A stretch of 64,000 bases of DNA from Octopus sinensis. Its lineage: Eukaryota. Of this stretch, positions 1 to 12,999 are shown in pieces. The stretch lies in NCBI RefSeq assembly GCF_006345805.1, contig NC_043004.1:1550001-1614000 (forward strand), given 5' to 3'. The number at the start of each line of letters is the position of its first letter. Within the stretch, counting starts at the first letter, position 1. The notes under the pieces are model-generated. The model did not search any database and was not told where the DNA came from. It saw only the letters and a list, made by a program, of their open reading frames with translations. Both the position numbers and the translations under genes were made by a program.

Positions 1-365
1 AAATCAAAAAAAAATCTGAAAATCCAAACTACATTATTGGTGGAAATGCATAATATATTTTAGTGTAGGACAAAGCCATACGCAATGTACGATGAGAAGA
101 CCATATTTCCTTACAATAAATGATATACTGTGAGTTTTGCCACCATAAGAGTTCTATAGCAGATCTAGGAAATATCCTAAATATTGACGAATAGATGAAT
201 CGAGGAGCTTTTTATAATTAACAAGCAAATGGCACACAACCATGCACGAGATAGCGAAGAGCATTGTATGTACGCACATATATACTAATGTAGGATAAGA
301 TTTTTTTCGAAAGAAAAATTTTTATCAATGGCCAGTATATCAAAAAATACCTTTAAAGGTTAAAT

Positions 366-837
366 TTATAAATAACTTAAAATAAGGGCAAGATAAAAAT
401 TCTAATGCCAAATATGCCGAAAAAAGACAAAATTGTCAATAACCATTATAATTTATGCGTCTCGAAACATGCCGATAGAAATTTCTAAAAAATTCCGTTA
501 TAACCGTATTGGTCCCAATTTCGGGGTTAATTCATAAGAATTTCCCCCTCGTCAGCGATTAATACGTAAGACATAAATGGAATACTTACTCATACCCATG
601 GAAAAAGCAAGCACTAAGTCCTGAGTAGACCTAAGTACCCCAAATATATCCAAAATAGGGTACTTAGGTCTGCTCAGGAGACCTAAATAATCGCTGACGA
701 GGGAAATTCTGTTTTAGAAATTTCTATCGGCATGTTTCGAGACACATAAATTATAATGGTCATTGACAATTTTGTCTTTTTTTCGGCATATTTGACATTA
801 GAATTTTTCTCTTGCCCTTATTTTAAGTTATTTATAT
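366..837. repeat. Long imperfect palindrome (foldback), probably inverted PLE pseudo-LTRs
   Basis: 366-490 is the reverse complement of ~713-837 (e.g. ataagggcaagataaaaattctaatgccaaatatgccg / cggcatatttgacattagaatttttctcttgcccttat). Inner arms ~540-560 / 688-710; central hairpin ~618-683. Confidence 0.85.
502..560 (-). ncRNA. Minimal type I hammerhead ribozyme, canonical core
   Basis: Minus strand reads AAUCG-CUGACGA-GGGG(GAAAUUCUUAUGAAUUAA)CCCC-GAAA-UUGG-GA-CCAA-UA-CGGUU. All three helices pair; predicted AUA cleavage after position 507. Confidence 0.75.
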
Positions 838-894
838 GTGTATATATATATACATATACATATATATACATATATATACATATATATATATATA

Positions 895-1200
895 TCACGT
901 GATCACGTGACCGACCAGACCATCAAATGTTTTACACATCACTGGTCACAATGTGTTCGCATTGTTTTAGCCTTCGAATGACGTCACCCCGCTGGCTAAG
1001 CGAGCAGGCCGACAGAGGAAAGAGAGAGAGAAAGAGTGGTGAAAGAGTACGGCAGGGATCACCCCCCCCCCTGCCGGAGACTCGTGGAGCTTTTAGGTGT
1101 TTTCACTCAATAAACACTCACAACGCCCGGTCTGGGAATCGAAACCGCGATCCTACGACCGCGAGTTCGCTGCCCTAACCACTAGGCCCTTGCGCCTCCA
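895..1200 (-). mobile_element. tRNA-derived SINE
   Basis: Minus-strand head gtggaggcgcaagg-ggcctagtggttagggcagcg...ggtttcgattccc has Pol III A/B boxes; flanked by (CA)n/(TA)n. Confidence 0.75.
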
Positions 1201-1212
1201 CACACACACACA

Positions 1213-1277
<65 letters not shown>

Positions 1278-1442
1278 TATATATTATATATATATATGTA
1301 TATATATATATACATACATATATATATATATATTTATCAATATAGGGTAGCAAAAAAATTCAAGAAAGAATTCCAGAAAAATTTTCTGCAACCAGCGGTC
1401 AAGTGAGAAAATAGAAATAGTCACAGACTATATAATATATTC

Positions 1443-1646
1443 AACAAAATATTAAGGAAAGACCCTTACAGGTCGTTCGATTGCGTAAAAATTGTTGAAA
1501 CCTTGCAGGGTACAAAGTTGAAAAGGATAAATGTTTTTATTTCTCCTTTAGCTTTCAGAATTACTACTATTTTTGCGGTTTGAGTTTTGGCTGCTCTTTT
1601 CAAGTGAGTTGAACGACCTGTAAGGGTCTTTCCTTAATATTTTGTT
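1443..1646. mobile_element. MITE-like element or inverted repeat
   Basis: 36-bp perfect inverted repeat aacaaaatattaaggaaagacccttacaggtcgttc at 1443-1478 and 1611-1646, in TA-rich flanks. Confidence 0.65.
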
Positions 1647-1680
1647 ATATATATATATATATATATAAGATGGACTGGAC

Positions 1681-2050
1681 GACATTCTTTATTTAAAAAT
1701 TACTACAATTGTTTCTACACTTCATTCTACCGGTAGAACATTGGTGGGATGATATAATTAACTTATTGAGTAGCCATTATCATCCATAAAAGGTGTTAAA
1801 TGCGTTTCATCAAGTGATTGCTTAAAATACGATCTTCGTTTGATCATATCATTCCACTCTGGAGTGAAATGACAATATGACTGAAATGACAGTATCATCG
1901 AACGAAGTTCTTATTTTAAACAATCGCTTGATGAAACGCATTTGATGGATGATAGTGACTATTCAATATGTTAATAATAGCACCTCACCAATATACTACG
2001 TGTGTAAAACTTTGTCGAAACAATTGTAGTGATTTTAAATAAAGAATGTC
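1681..2050. repeat. Imperfect palindrome with HHR-like scaffold
   Basis: Arms 1681-1718 / 2013-2050 and ~1795-1845 / 1895-1945. Plus strand reads AAUCGC-UUGAUGA...GAAAC-AAUU-GUA-GUGAUU (1922-2034). Confidence 0.7.
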
Positions 2051-2613
2051 TTTCAATCCATTTTCTATGATTTATTTTATTTATAAATATATATATACAT
2101 ACACGCATATATTTTATTGATACATACACAGATACTCATACACAAAGCAACACCGAAAATGTCACCAGTATTTTATGTTTGATACAATGTACACTTTTCA
2201 AAAAGTCAACCACGGCAAAATCGTAAACTTGTGGGTTCTGTTATGCGACACACTGCATCAACACACTTCGTCAGTATTATCCGCAGGAATACGACAAAAA
2301 GGAAAACTCAAAAAGAAAGAAAGACACGAGTTTGACAATAAGTACAATTAGGTTATTATTACAGAGGGTGAAAGAAGCGAGAAGATAAGTAAGCGTGATA
2401 GAGGAGTGTAATGGGAAAGAGAAAAGAAAGCTATCAAGGCTGCCACACATCCATAGGCATTCACATACGTTTGCAAAAGCCCACATACACAAATATGATA
2501 CGGTGAAACAGAGAAGAGAGAAAGAGACAGATTCCAGGCAGTGAAGCATCGATAGTAAGAACAGTAGTAGTAACAACATTAATAAAATAATAACAAATAA
2601 TAGTAACAAATAA

Positions 2614-2650
<37 letters not shown>

Positions 2651-2652
<2 letters not shown>

Positions 2653-3001
2653 CCGGCTGATGACAACGTGTCTCTAAAAGAAATGGAGAAACTCTCAAAA
2701 TACAAAGACCTGGAAATAGAGGTAACTAGAATGTGGAATCTGAAAACAGAAACAATTCCTATCATAGTAGGTGCATTAGGCATGATGAAAAAATATTCAG
2801 ACAAATACATAACAAAAACACCAGGACTTACAAACACATATAACATACAGAAAATTGCACTACTAGGCACTGCACACATCCTACGCAGAACACTTTCCAT
2901 ACAATAACCATCAGAGCATCACAACAAATCACAGCACATACCCAAGGCACACAGAGCTGCGCTCGGTAGTGAAGTGAAAGCACGCTATAAAAATAGAACT
3001 A

Positions 3002-3005
<4 letters not shown>
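2651..3005 (+). mobile_element. 5'-truncated R4/Dong-type non-LTR retrotransposon (RLE C-terminus + 3' UTR) inside (TAA)n
   Basis: EKLSKYKDLEIEVTRMW...IPIIVGALG...IQKIALLGTAHILRR is a typical RLE-clade C-terminus; (TAA)n on both sides (2612-2650, 3006-3071). Confidence 0.85.
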
Positions 3006-3071
<66 letters not shown>

Positions 3072-3140
3072 GAATAGGAAGCCGGAGATAGTCTTAATTG
3101 AGAAAGAAAACAAACAATGCTGGATCATAGATATAGCATG
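3072..3140 (+). mobile_element. Short RLE endonuclease fragment
   Basis: Translates NRKPEIVLIEKENKQCWIIDIAC (PD...D motif region), directly after (TAA)n. Confidence 0.7.
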
Positions 3141-3255
3141 TACACATATAAAAATATATATACATGTGTTTATGTATGCTTATATGTACGTATGTATAAG
3201 TGTGTATATGAGTATGTATTTGTATTTATGACTTAACCTTATGAACTTTCTAAAC

Positions 3256-3377
3256 TCTCTGACGAAGCCCCGAGACACGCCCAAGTACCTAAATCTTATC
3301 TAGCAAATACTTCAGTTCACTGAAGTGATATAAGTATATTGGGGAGCTTTGGCATCATGGCTGAAACAGCTGTAAGA
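3256..3377 (+). ncRNA. Type I hammerhead with enlarged (~95 nt) helix II domain
   Basis: UCU-CUGACGA-AGCC...GGCU-GAAAC-AGCU-GUA-AGA: canonical core, palindromic helix III, internal hairpin acttcag-ttca-ctgaagt. Helix I is only 3 bp. Confidence 0.55.
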
Positions 3378-3596
3378 TATTATCCTATTTATTGTGATTT
3401 ACGCTATATATTTTAATAATTACTGGTATTTTTTATATATCGCATATGTAAAGCATAATATGCTATACATGTATGTATACTGCCAAAATGTTTTATTAAA
3501 TAAATAAATAGACGTAATATAATGTCTAAAAGTTGATGAATACCGCCCCTTGATCCCCTCCATTTTCTTATTACGTTATATATATATATATACAAT

Positions 3597-3742
3597 AGCA
3601 GCGTGAAACATGTTTATAAGCCACATAAGAACACATAAAAACCGTTAAATTCACTTCAACATTTAAATGTTGAAATGTTGAAGTGAATCTAACGGTTTTG
3701 TGTGTGTTTTTAAATGGCTTATAAACACCTTCCACGTTGTAA
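3597..3742. repeat. Hairpin-forming inverted repeat
   Basis: gtttataagcc...aaaaccgttaaattcacttcaacattt pairs with aaatgttgaagtgaatctaacggtttt...ggcttataaac. Confidence 0.7.
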
Positions 3743-3802
3743 TTGTTTTCGTTTCAGCGTATGAACTCAGATTAGGGCACTTGCTATGCAAGTAAATCTC
3801 CG

Positions 3803-3906
<104 letters not shown>

Positions 3907-4059
3907 TATGCAGCTGAAGATTGCTCTACATTTTAAAACTGATGTAATACTTGCATGGTTTAAATAAATGGAGTCGCATGAACCGAGCGTACTGCATTAC
4001 CTCTGGATATCCTTGTTGCTTATTTTGAGTATATATGTATATATATATATATATAATAT

Positions 4060-4091
<32 letters not shown>

Positions 4092-4108
4092 ATATATATA
4101 TGTGTGTA

Positions 4109-4146
<38 letters not shown>

Positions 4147-4509
4147 GTGTGTGTGTGTGTGTGCATAACTTTTCTAGCAAATAAAACATGATATAAAAAT
4201 ATATGCGAACCGGAACAAAATATAGCAGAAGCATACGTAAAATATTTTGAGGAAGTAATGGGTGGCAGTCTTTAGCACATTCTGGATGACACTCTAATTC
4301 CAATAATTCTTAGGTGGAGTTTCTGAATAAGCTGACCTTTTTTTTTTTACAAAATCCATGAAGGTCTGTAATATTGAAGTATATACTTACTCTTACTCAT
4401 AGTCGTAATTTGCAGATGATAATCTAGCTTGCTTATTATACTACTTCAGAATCTATTTGTAGAGAGGAGACCTTGAAGGACGAAACGATTATAAAGCTGT
4501 AAGGTTAGT

Positions 4510-4740
4510 CCACACCAGTATAGGGCCGGGTCTTCTGGTTTCTCTGGTGTATATATCCCTTCCTGGATGGGACGCCAGTCTATCGCAAAACTACTCATTT
4601 TTAGCAGCTGAGTGGACTGAAGCAACGTAAAATGAAGAGTTTTGCTTAAGAACACAACGCATCACCCGGTCCAGGAATCGAAACGGCAATCTTACGATCA
4701 TGAGTTCAACACCCTACCCACTAAGCCATGCACCTCCACA
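4510..4740 (-). mobile_element. tRNA-derived SINE (head related to 895-1200 and 52395-52712)
   Basis: Minus strand gtggaggtgcatggcttagtgggtagggtg...gtttcgattcctgg followed by gttgtgttcttaagcaaaac core. Confidence 0.7.
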
Positions 4741-6061
4741 TAACCAGAATATGCAATGGTAAATTGACAATATCATGACATTGTCAGTTGATACAGATGT
4801 CGGCCGTCAACACCAGATGGCAAATCTGACAGTCACATTGCATATAATTTTGAAAAAAGCTTGAACTTTTACGATTTCAATTCCACTTCTTATGCTTCTT
4901 TAAGATATAATTACTGATATGTTTATATTTTACTGCAAGCCTCGTGAAGATTTAACTCCAATGGCTGAGGATTTTGTGTCCTCTCTATAAATATTATTGT
5001 TTCCGATAGTCTATTTATTTATCTTCGTAAGAGACACAGCAGCTATGACTAAAAAACCCGTGTTATGGTTTCGGCGAACAAAATGGAAAAGGTGCTAGCC
5101 CGGAAGATGTCGAGTTGCTGGAAAAGCCATTCTGACTCAATGGACTCACACTTGTGGAAAGCCATCTCTGCCCGGAAAGCTGTCAACCAGGATGTAGTAC
5201 AATGGGGGTTCATGAGGCCGCGGAGCTCTCCGCTGCTACAAGCTCGAATCACAAATCTAGTAGAGAGTGGCTGGCGGCCAATATAATTTTGTATTCATTA
5301 ACCCTACCATTTCCAGTTCCTCGCTGATTACAACGATACTGAAATTCCATGATAGCTGGGGCATTGTCTTACTGTTCATAAGTTGTAGTTACTAGGTTCA
5401 GCTATTGGACGCGATAACTGCTATGTTTTCCCATTTTAGGACAAGGAATATTCTCGGGCCATTTCGATGACGACAGTTTTCAGGGTATGACTTCCAAACA
5501 ATCTACTTAATTGTTGTGCTTACCAAGAAATGACTTCAAGAAAATCCACTTAAGTGTTGTGCTTACGAAGAAATGCTTCTTTCACTCCATGACGGTAGAT
5601 TACTATTAAGAAATAGAAAAATGTCTACACATCAAAGAATAAATTGAAAAACAGCTTTGAATTTTGTTTATAGTTAAAACCGAAAGTATTAGCTACTGTA
5701 AGCCGTTTAACAAGGCAAATTCCCTGGGAACAGTTATCCTGTATGTAAACTCTAAAAGGTTTCCCTTTTATCTCTCTTGCTAAACTACTCAATCTCTATG
5801 AAGAAAATGAAACCAAAAACAAATATGACATATTCCATATGAAGTTTTACCTGGCTGTAATTAATTTCCATTTATAAAGAAATGACTCATTTCTGAAAGA
5901 GTTCAATATATCACTGGTTGTATCATGCTGGCGATTTCTTAAATGAATGAAATGCGCCATTATGAGATTAGCAATTTTAAGAAAATCTAAATAAGTAATA
6001 AATGAATAAATAAATAAATATGCACAGGCGAGGCTATGTGGTAAGACGCTCGCTTCCGGTT

Positions 6062-7600
6062 CCGCTCGTTAGTGTTCTTCGTTGTACCATTGATGTCGCC
6101 ACGCTGGTGTGCAGCTGACGAAAATTGTATTTGAAAGACGCTCTACTGTAAGATAAGACCTTTTTTCTTTTTGAGTGTAGTGAGGATTCGTTGTTTATTT
6201 ATTTTTTGTACAGGCAAGGAGTCCTCACTGGATTCTGAGGTTTTGGTCTACCTGTGGTAGAGATGTGTGTTTTTCTCACTTAGCGGTGAGAACTGCAGTC
6301 TGAAGGTGTGTTTCGCCTCCAAATTAATTTAAAATTGAGAGTTGAATTATTCTCAATTATTTGCTAGAACTGTGTTTATTTGCCTGCGTAGAAGTTTTTT
6401 GGAAAAACAATTTCAGGGAATTTCACAAGGAATTACACAAGGACTGAAAAAAGCTGAGAAGGCCAGGATTACCGTGTGGCCGAAAAAATATTTGTCTTTG
6501 CTGCAGTTGGAACTCTCGTTCACTTCTGTCGTTTATTTGAAAAAAAAAACTATTGAACTGTTTATTTTTTTTCTTCCATTTTGTTAAGTCTTTTAGTTTT
6601 TCTTTCTGTATTATTTAAAAATTTTGTGGACTATATTTGGAACTTTTTTTTTGCACTTGGCAAGGAATAAATTTGTTGAATGGGAGTTGACACCTCCCAA
6701 AAAATGGATTGAGGAGTTTGAAAGGAAGACGGTGGTTGAGGACTTACTCCAAGTCCCTCGACACCATAGCCGTCTTCCAGAAAAACATAATTGAAAAAGA
6801 GCTGGCAGGTCATATGCCAGCTATTAAATATATCTCTCGGGGTGTAAAATTTGCAACTGTGTGGTTGCTGTTTAACTCCCCCTAGGAAGCTTGCGAATTC
6901 GCAAGCCAACCCCTGGAGGGCAGTGAAATTTTGTGGGAAGAAGTTGATGAGGCGGTTTGCCACCCGGCATTGAGCCCGAGTGGATAGAAGGCACTATCCG
7001 CCGGAGTCTGGATGGCAGCAGTACCAAGCTACTCAAGGTAGAACATTTTGCCTGCGGCTGATTGGGAGGGGTCAAAGGCTGTTTTGACCCTATGGACCCA
7101 ATCAACCGAAAATCTGGTTTTTTACCAGAGTTTTTAAGGATGGCCGGGTGTAGGTATCCGGTGATGCCTGAGGGACACCCCAAGTGTCACCTGTGCCTGG
7201 AACCGAGTCATATCAAGAAGAACTGCCCCAAGAACCAAAATAAGGTCCTGGAGGAGTTAATAAAAGTACCACTCCCTGCTCCCTCATTGGAGAGAGAGAA
7301 GAAGGAAGAAAAGGAAGAAAATGAAAGGTGGGTAACAATGGTTGCCCACGAAGGGAAGCGGGCTGCGGGGAGGGAGGGAGGAGCTCTGGACTGGACAGTC
7401 TCCACCCCTCCCCTCCCTGGATAAAAGGAAAAAAAAGAAGAAAAAAAGAAAAATGGGACATCGCCAGCGGTTGGTCATACACTGCCGGCGTGTCCCGAAG
7501 CATCTGTGGTGGGAGTTGTCCCACCAAAGATGGAGACTGTAGTAAATTGGGTACCCACATTAGTATTCTAAGTGCCCCCGAAAACAGTTTACTTTAGATG
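6062..7600 (+). mobile_element. Degraded non-LTR retrotransposon 5' region/ORF1 (gag-like, Tx1/L1-type)
   Basis: Frameshifted GC-richer ORF remnants with a CX2CX4HX4C zinc knuckle, CHLCLEPSHIKKNC (~7185-7226), followed by a charged tail. Confidence 0.7.
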
Positions 7601-8689
7601 TATGTACTGGTGTTTATTGCAAGAAACAGCTGGGTTTCTTTCTCTGACATTTTACGTAATTCAACTTACACAAGTTAATGTGTGTACAGCAAAATAGGAA
7701 TTTTGTAAGTATCTATAAAACTAAATTTTAAACAACGAATGGGTATCGGGTTCCAGAATAAACAGTAATCAAAGCGGTCCATAGGTAAAAAAAAATGGTT
7801 GAAAACCGGTGGTATAGATATTGTTGTTTTTGCTTGTTTATAATATTGTGAGATCGAATCAGTCACCTAGATTTTTCAGTCTACTCTAAAGATTTGTAAA
7901 ACAAAACTATTCCGCTGATTTCTTGAAAAAGTTGTGAACTTTAAATATAATCTCCTAGTAACTTTTATAGAGAAGATGTTATTTTCACAAAACTTTTTTA
8001 AAGTTTTTTTTTTAAATATATTCATAAATTTAGTTTTTTTATATTTTATAAATTTTACAATTTGAAAAAAATTATTAAAATTTATAAATTTCAAATTTAT
8101 AAATAAAAAGAATATGTAGAAAATATTTCTTCTAGCTTTGCTGCCATTCATAACCAAAAGAAAAAAAATATAATAACGAAAAATTCAAAAATGTAAATGG
8201 TCTGAGAAAACAGAAACAACAGAACACACACACACACACACACACACACGTTGAAACAAACTAAAAAAAAAAAGAAAAACAAGATATAAAAATTCAACAA
8301 AAAAAGTATTCAAGAATTAAAACTAAAAGATAATTTTCTTTTGAATTGCCGGGAAAAATAAAACAAAACCCAAAAAAAACCAAAAACCAAAACAAGCAAC
8401 GCAAAAACGGAAACAAAAGAAAAAAGTAAATAAAAACAAGGTTGGTCTCTGCAGAATCTCTGTTGAATTATTTGCAGGCTGTAAACTGCAAGTGTATTAA
8501 AGCTTTCGCCAGAGCATAACACTACACGTAGCCATAGCTTTGTGTCTGTGTTTAGTGGAACGAACACGCAAACATTTTCTAAATTGCTTTTGTTGAATAA
8601 AATTAAATGTCGTTCTGATTGCTAGATCAGATCATATGTAAAACAAAACAACAACAACAAACAACAAAAACAACCACAACAATAACAAC

Positions 8690-9060
8690 AACGAGGACGG
8701 CGGCAGCGGCTGCAGCGGCGGCGGCGGCAGCGACAGTAACACCAAATATTGAAAACAAATTATCGAAAAAAAAGAACAAAAAGAAGAACGAGATGCCATC
8801 AATATAGACGACGGATCCGACAACCTTGGCCCTCTCCACCCGACCTCAACCATCAGAAATACTTGCGCAAAATAAAAAGCTCCATAGCATCAGCCTCCAC
8901 CCCACCCCCCACCCGCGCAGCCACCCTCGCTTCCCCCCACCCGAACAATAGCTAGTACCAGCGCGGCTAATTTATGATCACAACAACCTCTGCCAAAATA
9001 TTCACCCCCAATAAATAGCAACACCGCCATACAGAATCCGGATCCGTCATCGCAATTCGC
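8690..9060. promoter_or_regulatory. CpG/GC-rich island with GGC/GCA repeats; possible 5' UTR or promoter region
   Basis: Local GC and CpG enrichment not matching the repeats seen elsewhere in the window; no convincing ORF. Confidence 0.25.
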
Positions 9061-9090
9061 AACATCTCAACCACATCTACAACAACAACA

Positions 9091-9094
<4 letters not shown>

Positions 9095-9156
<62 letters not shown>

Positions 9157-9526
9157 GTCGTAGAACAATCGTCTACGTTAACAACAGTAATAAACGCAAC
9201 GAAACTAAGGCGGGAGGTACCATGTGGTCGTTCGATGTGCTAGAAATGGCAGTTAAATTTATCTCAAATCCCAACGTAAACTCATAGAATGAGAGGAAGA
9301 ATTTGAGATATATAACAACAGCAACAGCAACAACAACGATAACGGTGACAATACTAATAAAAGAAGAAAAAAGAGCAATAGAAAACGGACCACAAAGAGT
9401 CACACAGAGACAGTGGCTGCGGCAATTTTTTTTTCTCTCTAGTTTCAGCTCAGAGCTGCGGCCATGCTGATGCACCGCCGTTTTGTGAAATTACTTTAGA
9501 CAATGAAAAATGTATCAACAGTGAAA

Positions 9527-9595
<69 letters not shown>

Positions 9596-9718
9596 TAATA
9601 ATAATAATGATAAGAAGAAGAAGAAGAAGAAGAAGTAGAAGAGTAGAAGAAGTAGAAGAAATAGAAGAAATAGAAGAAGAAGAAGTAGAAGTAGAAGAAA
9701 TAGAAGAAGAAGAAGTAG

Positions 9719-9750
<32 letters not shown>

Positions 9751-9827
9751 GAAGAAGAAGAAGAAGAAGAAGAAGAAGAAGAAGAAGAAGAAGAAGAATG
9801 ATAATATTAATAATAAGAAGGATGATG

Positions 9828-9864
<37 letters not shown>

Positions 9865-9870
9865 TAATAA
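9095..9870. repeat. Compound trinucleotide microsatellites (TAC)n, (TAA)n, (GAA)n
   Basis: Directly visible. Other large arrays: 29760-29880, 36250-36475 (TCTA)n, 48525-48690, 52220-52405, 56380-56835. Confidence 0.95.
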
Positions 9871-10057
9871 TATTTTTTCATTAGCCACAGGGGCATAAAT
9901 GAGCGAGACATCACAAGAACAGTTAGCAAATTGTGGGGGGGAATTTTACATAAAGGATGGGGAGAAAAAGAATGGAAAAGTCAATGAAATGCGATAAAAG
10001 TCTACAGTAATAATGATGATAATAATAATGATGATGATGACGATGATGATAAAGATG

Positions 10058-10089
<32 letters not shown>

Positions 10090-10989
10090 AATAATAATAA
10101 ATGATTACAAATATAACAATATCAACATGTTCGTTGAAACGCATCACCCTCTACAATAGACAATTGAGCGCAACAAAGCTAGCAATAACTAAACTGTGTT
10201 GGGGAGAAAAAAAGAAGAAATGATTAATGCGCAGTTTCTCCATTAGTGACTTTTGGAAAAGTATTAAGCAAGTGAAGAAACTTCCGACTTGTGTACAAAA
10301 CAAACGCATAACATAAGAGACAGCGGTAACAAAGGGTAATCTATTGAGAAAATCGGATATTCACGACTTGGACATGTGAAATGCCGTTGTTGTGTTTCCA
10401 AAATCTTCGTTCATTTTGAAACGTCTGAATCTTGTGTGCAGTAACACAAACAACAACAACAACAACAACAACAACACATTACACACATATATATATATCT
10501 GTATGTATGTGAGTGTGTATATGTATGTGCATATATGTATGTTTATATGTGTATGTATGTATGTATATATATATATATATGTTTATATGTATATATATAT
10601 ATATATGTAAATATATATATATATATACATACATGCATACACACATTTGTATATATATATATATATATATGCATATATATGTATATGCTTATATATGCAT
10701 ATATATGTATGCTTATATATATGACATATATATATTATACACACACACACATATGTATATATTAATATAACACAGACATATAAACATGCAAATATACAGA
10801 TATACATAATTTATCTTCGTAATATTTGTTCATAATACCACGTGAAAATGTAATTTAATGATGTTATATATATATATATATATACTTTTAAAAGAAGTAT
10901 AGTGACAGTGGCATCATAGGTTCGCCCTGCTGCCCCTCTCCGGACTTCGAAGTAATGTCACCACTGTTATAAAAATATAATAAATATGA

Positions 10990-11400
10990 TGATGGCGCAG
11001 GAGTGGCTGTGTGGTAAGTAGCTTGCTTACCAATCACATGGTTCCGGGTTCAGTCCCACTGCGTGGCACCTTGGGCAGGTGTCTTCTACTATAGCCTCGG
11101 GCCGACCAAAACCTTGTGAGTGGATTTGGTAGACGGAAACTGAAAAGAAGCCCGTCGTATATATGTATATATATATATGCGTGTGTGTGTGTGTTTGTCC
11201 CCCTAGCATTGCTTGCCAACCGATGCTGGTGTGTTTATGTCCCCGTCACTTAGCGGTTCGGCAAAAGAGACCGATAGAATAAGTACTGGGCTTACAAAGA
11301 ATAAGTCCCGGGGTTGAGTTGCTCGACTAAAGGCGGTGCTCCAGCATGGCCGCAGTCAAATGACTGAAACAAGTAAAAGAGTAAAGAGTAAAAGAGTATG
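10990..11400 (+). mobile_element. Abundant tRNA-derived SINE family A (head - internal (TA)/(TG)n - tail)
   Basis: ggcgcaggagtggctgtgtggtaag...ccgggttcagtccc head; tail ends in gaaacaagtaaaagagtaaagagt repeats; many copies in the window. Confidence 0.9.
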
Positions 11401-11488
11401 TACTCTCCACATAATATTAAGTAAATCTTCTGTTTACTGTCATATCTATTATAATTCGTCATTAAAACAAATAACATGTTTGTATATA

Positions 11489-11567
<79 letters not shown>

Positions 11568-11814
11568 GCATGTGTGCATGCATGCATGCATGTATGCCCA
11601 CACATGCACACACACACATACACACACACACACATACACACACAAACATACACAGATTCTAACCAATACATGAACTATAATACCAGACATCCTCACGGTT
11701 TCAGACATTCAGGTTTACACATGAAGTTTTAAATTAGGCTTTCTGTTCTGCAATTTCATATTTCAAAAAAGTATTCAGTGAATATTTCGTGGAAGAGCTG
11801 ACTCAGTTTATCGG

Positions 11815-12290
11815 ATGTTAAGTTAAGTTAAGTTACGTTAATTTTGGGGTTCAAAAAGCAAAAAGTAAGGCCTTGTAGGGGACATGGAGTTATGTACAGG
11901 GGTGTTCATGCAAAGAGTTCAGCCCATTTCTGGTCAAGAGAGACTTTGAACCGAGCGCTCGTCGGCATCTTCACTATCTCATCCAGCAGCTTATTCCACG
12001 GATCCGCAACCCGGACGGAGAAAGACCCTCTCCTTCGATTGAGATGAAATCGTCGCAGATACAGCTTTTCGGAGTGACCCCACAGCCTACGCTCTGGAGC
12101 AGGAGAGAAGAACAGCTCTTTCAAGAGGTTAAACTTTTCGCTTATAATGTTGTGAGCAAGAATGAGATCACCACTGCGTCGTCGTTTTTCTAGAGAATAA
12201 AGGTCGAGCGTCTTCAGCCTTTCTTCATAAGACAAATGCTTGAGACCAGATTGGAGACGAGTTGCTCTGAGTGCTGAAAATCGGAACATT
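11815..12290 (-). mobile_element. CR1/L2-type LINE 3' end
   Basis: LSYEERLKTLDLYSLEKRRRSGDLI...FSVRVADPWNKL is a typical CR1-group RT C-terminus; 3' tail of (TAACT)n at ~11818-11838. Confidence 0.85.
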
Positions 12291-12325
12291 TCAGTTATAT
12301 ATATGTGTGTGTGTGCGCGCGCGTA

Positions 12326-12424
<99 letters not shown>

Positions 12425-12559
12425 CTTGTTTTAACTCTCTCAGTGAGAGATAGACAGTAACAGTACGGAATAGTAAAGTTTATTTGCCAACAGAATGTGG
12501 CGGTCTTATAAATAATGATGAGCGGTAAACTGTAGAGGATGGCGGATACTTCTCAGGCT

Positions 12560-12890
12560 ATGCATGCGTTAGCAGTAAGGTTTGATGTGTCTATTCGAAC
12601 TGTATTGGACCAACTGAAATAAATCAGTAAGGTAAAAAAGCTGGACAAGTGGGTACCACACGAACTGAATGAGCATTAAATGACACATCGTCTTGAAACT
12701 TGCTATCCTTTGATGTCACGGCATAAAAGCAAACCATTTTTGCATCGTATTGTTACGTGTGAGGAAAATGGATTCTTTTCAACAATAACAAGCGTTCTGC
12801 ACAGTGGTTGGATAGAGACGAAGTGCCAAAACACAAACCAAAAAGGAATATTCACCAACAAAAGGCTAATGGTGTCTATTTGGTGATCAC
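12560..12890 (+). mobile_element. Degraded mariner transposase fragment
   Basis: KKLDKWVPHEL and FLHRIVTCEE (first catalytic D region) motifs, with in-frame stops. Confidence 0.85.
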
Positions 12891-12999
12891 ACCACGACGC
12901 ACACACTAGCACTGGCCCCTTCCCAGCCCCACACCATCATCCACACACCTACACATGCACACACGCACACGTCAATGCCACCTGCCCTCTTCCAACGCA

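Noticed and set aside
5049-5286. Overlapping 67-aa and 73-aa ORFs on opposite strands in a GC-richer patch
   Set aside because: No recognisable motif. Openness on both strands is explained by GC content; possibly a TE remnant, left uncalled.
8310-8955. Poly-Ala/Thr ORFs near the GC-rich island
   Set aside because: Driven by GGC/ACA repeats, with no consistent splice or coding signal.
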